DNA of 64,000 nt. Origin: a virus. Lineage: Duplodnaviria; Caudoviricetes. The stretch's first letter is position 1; each line of letters starts with the position of its first letter. A program made the position numbers and the translations under genes. The notes below the pieces were generated by a model. It searched no databases. It was not told the DNA's origin and saw only the letters and a list, made by a program, of their open reading frames with translations. Below are positions 55,616 through 62,646 of this stretch, in pieces. Location: positions 23,197 to 87,196 of IMG/VR virus record IMGVR_UViG_2974649007_000001. One strand, given 5' to 3'.

Positions 55616-55669
55616 GGGAAGTTCTCAGGCAATTTGAGCTTTTAGACTATATTTTCGCCCTGTTTCTGT

Positions 55670-55870
55670 CTACACATATAATTTGGGCGAGCCGAAAGAA
55701 GGAATGCCGTTTTTTAGGCCCTCCAAAAACGTGTGCATTTCGTCGGTGAAGTCTAGATAAAAATGAGAAAAATAGCGCGAAATAAATCTTGACACTCGGT
55801 CTCCTTTACCCATTGCCTCACGATCACGCTTTTGCACTCTAATGCGCGCTCGGCGTCGAGCCCTATTCAT
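55670..55870 (-). CDS. Possible small Arg-rich protein
   Basis: ORF only, in an AT-richer segment. Confidence 0.3.
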   Translation of the reverse strand: MNRARRRARIRVQKRDREAMGKGDRVSRFISRYFSHFYLDFTDEMHTFLEGLKNGIPSFGSPKLYV

Positions 55871-56314
55871 TGACGCTAAGGGCTTAGCGTTGATAGGAGT
55901 CGTGAGGTTATGGGAGGCTGAGAGTGCCGTGGTAGAGGGCTGCGAGGGTTAAGGGGAGCACGGCGCCGTGGGTTTGGGCGCCGCTGTGCCTGAGATTTTC
56001 TGCTGAAACACCTATTTTGGATTTTAAGTTAACCCACCGGCATTAGGTTTCAGCAAAGTCCGCCTTCACGAAAGTACGAATATCCAGTCACCGAGAACTT
56101 GTCTGTCACTGTCGATTAGATATTCCCCCCTCATACTCCCCCTTATACCCCCTTACCTTGTAAAACTTAGTAGAAGTAGAAGTAGAGCCGTTGATCTGAA
56201 ATAGCTTGACACTATTCTTTTGTTTCGTACCGAAACAGATCAAAAGCCCCCTCCTTGGCTGCCCAGGTTGTGAAGGTGGGCGGGGCGTGGCACACTGCAA
56301 ACTCCTTTACCTAA

Positions 56315-56575
56315 ATGAGTGAGACGACCATGGCTGTCCCAACTGGCACCGGCAAAGCAAAGCGCGAGATGATCCGAATGGTGGGCACCAGCGTGCGGCA
56401 AGCGAAGGCTGTAGACCTCGTTGCCAAGTGCCACATGACTCACAACAACATCCGGGACTTCAAGATGAATCAGGTGCCGTCGATTTCCATGGAGAAATTG
56501 ATCAAGCACCTGCGGGACTTTGGATCGGAAGTCACCATCACCGTTGACGGCCTGGTCCTTCCCATCGGCGACTGA
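56315..56575 (+). CDS. XRE-family HTH regulator (HigA/HTH_37-like)
   Basis: ISMEKLIKHLRDFGSEVTITV C-terminal pattern; only + strand gene between 10.4 and 59.8 kb. Confidence 0.6.
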   Translation: MSETTMAVPTGTGKAKREMIRMVGTSVRQAKAVDLVAKCHMTHNNIRDFKMNQVPSISMEKLIKHLRDFGSEVTITVDGLVLPIGD

Positions 56576-56734
56576 CACGGCGAGCACCTTGCCGTGTGCG
56601 GTGGCTGCGCAGCTCCATACGCTCCAGGAAGGCCACACAGGCCACTCCGACCAGGGTGAGTACGCAGCACACCCCTAACGTGGCCCAGAGAGCCGCTGAA
56701 GGGGCACTGAGCCCATGTTGATGCAGCCAGAGTG

Positions 56735-57115
56735 CTAGATCCACAGGTCGATCTCCTTCTGGAAGGTGGTGAAGTCGGATTCGCTGTCCAGCCACTGATA
56801 GCCGCACACCGCGCTGCCCAACTCACCCGGACCTTTACGTCTGGCCTCAGCCAGGGTGAGGCGCTCGCCGCCGTTGAAGTACACGAACTCACAGTGATCC
56901 TTGATGATCGCTGTGACGTAGGCATCGCGCAGACCTTCGGCATACGGCAGAAAGCCGGGGTACTGGGTGTGGTTGATATTGGCTGTCACGTCCTCGGCGA
57001 ACATCTGCTCGAACTTTTCGCGGTGGAGGCGCAGCAGTTTGGTGATCTCGAACAGCGTGACGACCGCGCTGCAAATGTGGGCGCGGCTGGTCAATGCGGT
57101 TTTGTTCCGGTTCAT
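56735..57115 (-). CDS. Hypothetical protein
   Basis: GAGG RBS. Confidence 0.6.
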   Translation of the reverse strand: MNRNKTALTSRAHICSAVVTLFEITKLLRLHREKFEQMFAEDVTANINHTQYPGFLPYAEGLRDAYVTAIIKDHCEFVYFNGGERLTLAEARRKGPGELGSAVCGYQWLDSESDFTTFQKEIDLWI

Positions 57116-57118
57116 GGC

Positions 57119-57592
57119 TTACGCCCTCACTGTGCGGGTCAGGTTAGGCGCCAGCGCTGCTACCAGGCCAGGCGCGTCGAGGTTCATCTGGAATTCCGGG
57201 ATGGGCACGCCGGTTTGGGCGCTGATCCACTGCGGGATGCGGCGCAGGAGGGCGACGGTGTCCAGATTGCCCAGCGCCTTGGCGTTTTGCAGCGCTGCAT
57301 CCCACGCGCCGGGGTTTTCGATCAGGTCGAGCATTTTCAGCCGACGCACCGGCGTCTTGGCTGTGCTGCGCAGCGGGCGGAAGTCGTGGCGCATCTCACA
57401 CCAGTCGGACAGGCGCTCCATCACGACGGCGGTGTGAGGGCCAGCCACGAACGTATGCACGGGGTGGCTGTCGTCGAAGCGGTAGACCGAGCAGGCGTAG
57501 ATATTGCCCAGCTCGAACGGGAGGTCGACGTCGGCGCCCAGGTCGACGCGGCTGTTGCGGATGGCTGCGGACAGTTTCATCATCACGGACAT
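57119..57592 (-). CDS. Hypothetical protein
   Basis: AAGGA RBS. Confidence 0.6.
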   Translation of the reverse strand: MSVMMKLSAAIRNSRVDLGADVDLPFELGNIYACSVYRFDDSHPVHTFVAGPHTAVVMERLSDWCEMRHDFRPLRSTAKTPVRRLKMLDLIENPGAWDAALQNAKALGNLDTVALLRRIPQWISAQTGVPIPEFQMNLDAPGLVAALAPNLTRTVRA

Positions 57593-57725
57593 GGTTCTAT
57601 TCCTTATTTCAGTGAAATATCGTTGTGTGTCAGATACTTATGGGAAAATTTCAGAGTCCTTTTCGACTCTTAACCTTTCCGATAGGTACGTGAAAGCGTA
57701 GGTCCAGGCCCACGCGCGCGCGAAC

Positions 57726-57759
57726 AAAAAAGGCCAGGCACGTTAGGGCGTGCCTGGCC
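57726..57759 (-). terminator. Intrinsic terminator
   Basis: 11-bp stem GGCCAGGCACG/CGTGCCTGGCC plus A6. Confidence 0.75.
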
Positions 57760-57786
57760 AAAGGGACTCCAGTCTGCGGAGTGGGG

Positions 57787-58077
57787 TTAGAACGTGAAGG
57801 TCACGCGGGACGGTTTGACGGCGGCACTCGCTGGTAGCGGCTCGCTGTCGTCGTCGGGCGCCAGGCTTATCTCACACGTTGCTGTCTTGCTTTGCCAATC
57901 CACGTTCAAACCGCCGCGAATCATGGCGTCAAACGTGATATTCAATTCTTCGGCCATGGTGGCGCATGTTTCAAGTTCGTCGGCGGTTGGACCGTTCCAG
58001 CTTTCGGCCTGATAAAAATTCTCGCTGGCGCCAATGGCGGGAAGTACAGCGATAACCAACTTGGCGATAAGGGCCAT
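57787..58077 (-). CDS. Early hypothetical protein
   Basis: AGGA RBS; AT-richer codons. Confidence 0.55.
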   Translation of the reverse strand: MALIAKLVIAVLPAIGASENFYQAESWNGPTADELETCATMAEELNITFDAMIRGGLNVDWQSKTATCEISLAPDDDSEPLPASAAVKPSRVTFTF

Positions 58078-58132
58078 AATTCTAATTCCTAAGTGTGTGG
58101 GGCGCCTTGTGGCGCCCCTAGCAGGGTTGGGG

Positions 58133-58900
58133 TTAGGCGGCGGCCACTTCTGGCTTGACCTTGCCGTTAGCGCGGCTGTCGGCGCCTTTGTTGCTGCCGT
58201 TGATTTTGGTGCCGACGCCAGCCGATTGCAGGGCCTTGTCTACGTCCACGGTTTCGGCCTTCTTGGCTTCGGCGGTGAATTGAGCGTCAAGGGCCATATA
58301 CAGCGCTTTGGCATGGGCCAGGGCAGAAAACAACTCTTCCTTAGTGCCGATAAAGCGTTGTTCTTTGAGGCAAGCCAAGGCTTTTTCGGCTTGAGTGGCG
58401 AACGCCTTAGCGGTCATTTTCGGCGCTACTTCTTCTTTTTCGACATCTGGCTTTTCCAGGTTTTTAAACTCGGTGAAAGTCAGCGCAAAATCACCTTGCG
58501 GCATGTAGAACTTGCCGTTTACGTTTTTAACCGTGTCGCTTTCTTCAGTGGCACCGACCGCGACAAAGTGAGTCGCCAAAATGCTTTCTTTGTGCATTTT
58601 GGTCAAACCGAACTTTTGAGTTTCTTTATCCCACACAAGGCGTGGGCAATGCGCTTTCATGTACTTAACCAGTTCCTCGCCCAACTTGGACAAGTTACCG
58701 TTTTTAACGCGCAGGGCGGGAACTGCAATCAAGCTATCCAACCAATTGCGATTGCCGTGTACGATCATTTGCAGTACAGCCGCGTTAGACCAAACAGACA
58801 AGATTGTTTCGTGTTTAGCAAAAGACTTCTTGTAAGCGTTGATCAAGCGAGCGTCTACAGACACGCCTTGTACAGTCAGGGTTTTGATTTGAGTAGTCAT
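58133..58900 (-). CDS. First gene of the early operon, Lys/Ala-rich hypothetical protein
   Basis: AAGGA RBS; VHGNRNWL; codon use differs from the rest of the window. Confidence 0.65.
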   Translation of the reverse strand: MTTQIKTLTVQGVSVDARLINAYKKSFAKHETILSVWSNAAVLQMIVHGNRNWLDSLIAVPALRVKNGNLSKLGEELVKYMKAHCPRLVWDKETQKFGLTKMHKESILATHFVAVGATEESDTVKNVNGKFYMPQGDFALTFTEFKNLEKPDVEKEEVAPKMTAKAFATQAEKALACLKEQRFIGTKEELFSALAHAKALYMALDAQFTAEAKKAETVDVDKALQSAGVGTKINGSNKGADSRANGKVKPEVAAA

Positions 58901-59803
58901 GGCTTTAATCCTTATTGCTAGCGTAGTGGGTTATGGCAAGGGCTCTATGTGTAGGGCCCTTGCTCTATACCACTAGGAGGGGGTTATATAATGCTAGTGC
59001 TTAGTGCTAGTAGGCTAGGCCCTAGTGTGTAGGGCCTAGCCTGTATCTAGTAGGTGATGCTATGTAACATTGATTATTGAATCTTGAATCTAATCACTAT
59101 CCGTTGTTTGTATGTCGGTGATAAAGCGTTATGCCGTACCCCGTGCGTCTCGGTTAGTGTGTATCGGTTGGCTATGTTAAGGAGGGATAACAATCTACAG
59201 TACGCTCATTGCTTTACCTAACATCTAACTACCCGATAGAGGGTGTGAGTTATGGCCGATAAGTTGATAAAGGTTAAACGGGCAATGGGGCCCGCTAGCT
59301 GCTGCATCATGGCCGTGTGTATATCCATGGTGCCCATTGCCTGTATGGAAGTTATGACTGTTATCATGTAGCAAGTGACGATGTTCACTTTCTAACAGGC
59401 AAGTCTTCCCCGTAATTCAAATTGCTTATTTGAATTAGTGTTGTCGCGTTATCCGCGGTGATAGCGTACTGAATTGTTAAAGAGCGGGTAGGCCGAAGGC
59501 GCAAGGCCAGGGCCAGGGCAAGGCCCAAGGGCCTAGCCGGTGAAGCGTGTTCGTTCTTGCTTGGTACAGTTCTAATACTAGACATCTAATTATCTAAGAG
59601 CAAGCGAAAAAGAAGAAAAAAAGAAAATAAATTCGAGGCACCCCGGCCCCTATTTTCTAGCACGGGACTGACGTGCCACACTGCCTGGGTCAGCGCTAGG
59701 ATTTTTTCCTTTTTTCAAAATCTGGCCCTATACTCCCTCCACCCCGACGCCGTAAGCCCGCCAGACCCCCGCGCCGCCACCCCGCCCCACAAGGACCCCG
59801 ACC
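58901..59803. promoter_or_regulatory. ~900-bp non-coding divergent control region with multiple hairpins
   Basis: No convincing ORF; strand switch; AT-richer; stems at 58936-58963, 59012-59042 and 59281-59341. Confidence 0.6.
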
Positions 59804-60652
59804 ATGGATCATCCAGAGAGAGCCACGCGCAAACGCAAGCCCAAGCCGAACGCCCAGACCTCGTCGCCACCGACCCTGCCGATCAGCCCGAGCCTGGCGG
59901 CGCAGCCCACCGTGGCACCCGGGGCGATCCCCGACGCTGGCACCGGCACGGAACTCGAGGCCTTGCGCCGCACTCAGGAAGAGAAGGCGCCCGTGGCCAT
60001 CGAAGCGGACGGCGTGACCAGCCAAACCCTGGCCCGCCGCCTCGGTGCCCGCCAGCCCGAGAAGGTGTACGACGCCACCCTTGCTAACGGAGACGAGACC
60101 AAAATGACCATCGAGAAAGAAGGCCTGACCATCGTGGACCCCATGAACAGCACCTCGCATGAACTCGACAAGGACACCGGCACCCTGGCCAAGGTGGTCG
60201 ACAAGTTCAACGGCGTGCCCATGACCGAGATCGAGATCCCGCGCGCCGCCGCGATGGACTCACCTGCCCCGGTTGTCGGCGGCGTTGGTGCGTTGCAGCT
60301 CAGTGATGCCGAGGCCTATGCCGTGAAGCAGGCCGATGTGGTGGCGCAGGACCAGGCGGTGGTCGACGCCCAGGATGCGGCCTCGGCAGCTGAACCTCTC
60401 GGTGAGCCGCTGCGCACGACCCGGCTGAAGATGACGCTGCAAGCCCTGTCCGACATCCCGGGCGATGCCGACAACCCGTTGACCCGCTGCACGTTCGGCG
60501 CGGTCTACAGCCCCAACCCAACCGAGGAGGACGGTGTGTTCGGCAAGTACACCCCGTTCGGGCAGCTGACCTACAACGTGCGCAGCGACATCGCTGAGGG
60601 TCTGGAAGTTGGCCAGGCCTACTACGTTGACATTACGAAAGTGCCGAGCTAA
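59804..60652 (+). CDS. Acidic hypothetical protein
   Basis: AAGGA RBS; C-terminal FGKYTPFG..GQAYYVDIT. Confidence 0.65.
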   Translation: MDHPERATRKRKPKPNAQTSSPPTLPISPSLAAQPTVAPGAIPDAGTGTELEALRRTQEEKAPVAIEADGVTSQTLARRLGARQPEKVYDATLANGDETKMTIEKEGLTIVDPMNSTSHELDKDTGTLAKVVDKFNGVPMTEIEIPRAAAMDSPAPVVGGVGALQLSDAEAYAVKQADVVAQDQAVVDAQDAASAAEPLGEPLRTTRLKMTLQALSDIPGDADNPLTRCTFGAVYSPNPTEEDGVFGKYTPFGQLTYNVRSDIAEGLEVGQAYYVDITKVPS

Positions 60653-60691
60653 AGTTCGCCTGCACTTTCGTCGGTGTATGTCACACGGAGA

Positions 60692-60727
60692 TCCCAAGGG
60701 CCTAGTCCTCCCTTGGGGTCTTTTTTA
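60692..60727 (+). terminator. Intrinsic terminator
   Basis: CCCAAGGG/CCCTTGGG stem followed by a T run. Confidence 0.7.
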
Positions 60728-60741
60728 TTGCCCGCAGGAAA

Positions 60742-60942
60742 GTGACGAGCTACACTCGATCCGCTGACTACCGAGGTTTCCCTATGGAATGGACCGACCT
60801 GATTGTGTTCTACGCGGCCCAGATCACGGCCTACGTGGACGACCTGAACAAGATTGACCTACTGGTTTTGCTGGGCGCCTATCTGCTCGGCGATTATTTT
60901 GGGAGCAAGCGACATGCAGCATCCAGACAAACTGATGTTTGA
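60742..60942 (+). CDS. Possible small membrane protein
   Basis: AGGA RBS with GTG; one TM segment. Confidence 0.4.
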   Translation: MTSYTRSADYRGFPMEWTDLIVFYAAQITAYVDDLNKIDLLVLLGAYLLGDYFGSKRHAASRQTDV

Positions 60943-61864
60943 CCACCTGCAATCGGACAACTACGAGCCCGAGTCCTACCCTGGCGCCGGTGACGGCAAG
61001 GGCTGGCGGCTGAGCAAGAACGGCGACTGCCAGCTGGGCGACTTCAGCATGGTCAACGGCGAGATCTTCTCGCGCCACGGCAATGTGCGTGTGGACAACC
61101 GGCAGTACGAGCTGGGCTTAATAACCGAGGTTCGGATCGGCGACGATCAGAGCTTCCTGGACGAGAAGCACCTGCGCGAGGCCGGCATCGAGCCAGCGAC
61201 GATCTGGCCTAAGCGGGTGTACCTGACCCAGGAGCAGATCGAAGCAGCCAAGTGCGCCCTGCCTCCACACATCGTCCACAAGCCAGGTGCGAGCCGCGCT
61301 CACCAGGTGATGGCCACGCAGTGCGACCTCGAGGTGATTGTCCGCGTCGACCTGCCCGAGGGTGCCGACCCTGCGAACGCCGAAGGCTACGCCCACAAGA
61401 TCCGCCAGATCGTGATCGACACGATCAACAGCAGCGAAGTCCTGCAAGGCATGCGCTCCGGCCGGGTCACCACCGAGGCTACGGTACGTGCTGAGACGGA
61501 CTCGGCCCTGGCCTCACGGATCAGCGGCATGCGGGTACTGGACGAGTGGACGCACCCAGTGGACGGTGTGGGCTTACCCCTGCCACCTGAGAGTGCCCAT
61601 GCTCTGGCAGCTGCCATATCGGGTGTAAAACCTGGTGATGGTCAGGAGTTCTTGTACGTGAAGCAGCCTGGCGGGCCGGTGGAGATAGGCGACCTGCAAA
61701 AGTGCTGCGGCCGTGACACCTTCACCGAGCAGTTCCTGAACCGCGAAGTGCGCAGCGACATGAAGCCGGAGGTGGTCTGTGCGCTGAGCATGGCTGCGCC
61801 GATGACAGCCAACGGAAAGGTGCCGATAAATAATTTGCCTCGGCATATTGACGACGTTAAGTAA
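60914..61864 (+). CDS. Hypothetical protein
   Basis: MQHPDKL start with GGAG RBS; SDNY..GWRLSKNG N-terminus. Confidence 0.65.
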   Translation: MQHPDKLMFDHLQSDNYEPESYPGAGDGKGWRLSKNGDCQLGDFSMVNGEIFSRHGNVRVDNRQYELGLITEVRIGDDQSFLDEKHLREAGIEPATIWPKRVYLTQEQIEAAKCALPPHIVHKPGASRAHQVMATQCDLEVIVRVDLPEGADPANAEGYAHKIRQIVIDTINSSEVLQGMRSGRVTTEATVRAETDSALASRISGMRVLDEWTHPVDGVGLPLPPESAHALAAAISGVKPGDGQEFLYVKQPGGPVEIGDLQKCCGRDTFTEQFLNREVRSDMKPEVVCALSMAAPMTANGKVPINNLPRHIDDVK

Positions 61865-61876
61865 GCTCGCTAATCT
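61848..61876 (+). promoter_or_regulatory. Sigma70-type promoter for the tRNA cluster
   Basis: TTGACG-N17-TAATCT. Confidence 0.7.
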
Positions 61877-61882
61877 GCGGGC

Positions 61883-61932
61883 TCTGGCGAGGGACACGGA
61901 AGTCCCGCAACAGCGGACGTAGAATCGCCAGA
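61883..61932 (+). ncRNA. Structured leader with an RsmA/CsrA-type GGA hairpin
   Basis: TCTGGCGA/TCGCCAGA closing stem; GGGAC-ACGGAA-GTCCC. Confidence 0.5.
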
Positions 61933-61935
61933 ATT

Positions 61936-62012
61936 CTCCTCTTAGTTCAGTTGGCTAGAACACCTGCTTTGGGAGCAGGGGGTCGTAGGTTCGAGTCCTA
62001 CAGAGGTGACCA
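61936..62012 (+). tRNA. tRNA-Pro (UGG)
   Basis: Cloverleaf, anticodon TGG, TTCGAG T-loop, encoded CCA; U2:U71 mismatch. Confidence 0.93.
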
Positions 62013-62017
62013 GTTTT

Positions 62018-62096
62018 AGGGGGTTCGCCAAGTCTGGTTTAAGGCACCGGGTTTTGATCCCGACACGCCAAGGTTCAAATCCTTGACCCCCTTCCA
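62018..62096 (+). tRNA. tRNA-Gln (UUG)
   Basis: Cloverleaf, anticodon TTG, TTCAAAT T-loop, encoded CCA. Confidence 0.9.
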
Positions 62097-62100
62097 GAGT

Positions 62101-62210
62101 TCCAGGTTGAAAGCGCAAGCCAGTGCGCAGGGGGCCGTTCCCGCCGAGGGGGCCTAAAAACGGATACAACCGATCGGCAACCCCGGTAAGTCTGGCTCGG
62201 GGAACCTGGA
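62101..62210 (+). ncRNA. Unassigned 110-nt multi-helix RNA with two potential pseudoknots
   Basis: 8-bp closing stem, four hairpins, AGCCAG/CTGGCT and GCCGA/TCGGC complementarity. Confidence 0.6.
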
Positions 62211-62220
62211 CCGAAGCAAC

Positions 62221-62296
62221 AGCGAAGTAGCTCAGTTGGTAGAGCAGCGGGGTCATAATCCGTTGGTCGGGTGTTCGATTCACCCCTTCGCTACCA
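62221..62296 (+). tRNA. tRNA-Met or Ile2 (CAU), elongator type
   Basis: Cloverleaf, anticodon CAT, A1-U72 paired, encoded CCA. Confidence 0.9.
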
Positions 62297-62340
62297 GTTT
62301 GGCCCCCATGTTCTCGCAGGCAGTGGCAGGGTCATTTTTA

Positions 62341-62467
62341 CACGGAGAAGGATCTCCACCCGAGTGCGGGAGCTGAGGATAGCCACCCGGAAAGAGGCTG
62401 AATGAGATCTGGTAGGCCACCAGGTGCAGGTCAGTAATCATCGCCGGAGAAACACCTCAGCACTGAC
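62341..62467 (+). ncRNA. Unassigned GGA-rich structured RNA upstream of the terminator
   Basis: Six GGA in 120 nt; several stems; GTCAGT/ACTGAC potential pseudoknot. Confidence 0.45.
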
Positions 62468-62472
62468 ACACT

Positions 62473-62510
62473 GAAACCCCATGCGCGGCGCGCATGGGGT
62501 TTCTTTTATT
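62473..62510 (+). terminator. Intrinsic terminator of the tRNA/ncRNA operon
   Basis: 14-bp stem GAAACCCCATGCGC/GCGCATGGGGTTTC followed by TTTTATT. Confidence 0.85.
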
Positions 62511-62537
62511 TCAAAACCCCGCTAATCTGCGGACTAA

Positions 62538-62621
62538 GTCGGCCCGTGACCCCGAGGTACGCCTCGATTGACCCACGGATAACAGCCACCGGCTGTAACG
62601 GGGCAAGAAGCCCTAGCCGAC
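62538..62621 (+). ncRNA. Four-way-junction RNA leader upstream of the HU gene
   Basis: GTCGGC/GCCGAC closes three hairpins, one with a UACG loop. Confidence 0.5.
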
Positions 62622-62646
62622 CCCAACCACAGAATGGATTCCTATC

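Noticed and set aside
55640-56250. Sigma70 promoters at TTGACA (55789, 56206) and TATAGT (- strand, 55646-51)
   Set aside because: No matching partner hexamer at 16-18 nt spacing.
59385-59585. 66-aa - strand ORF in the control region
   Set aside because: No RBS, low-complexity translation of repeated AAGGCC-type sequence.
62297-62340. HDV-like (theta) ribozyme after tRNA-Met, suggested by TTCTCGC
   Set aside because: Could not build P1/P1.1/P2/P3 or a J4/2 catalytic C; the region folds more simply as a hairpin plus U5.
62097-62470. tmRNA, hammerhead, or cobalamin / c-di-GMP / c-di-AMP riboswitch identity for the spacer RNAs
   Set aside because: No tRNA-like ends or tag ORF, no CUGANGA/GAAA core in register, and riboswitch consensus cores only partly mimicked; left unassigned.
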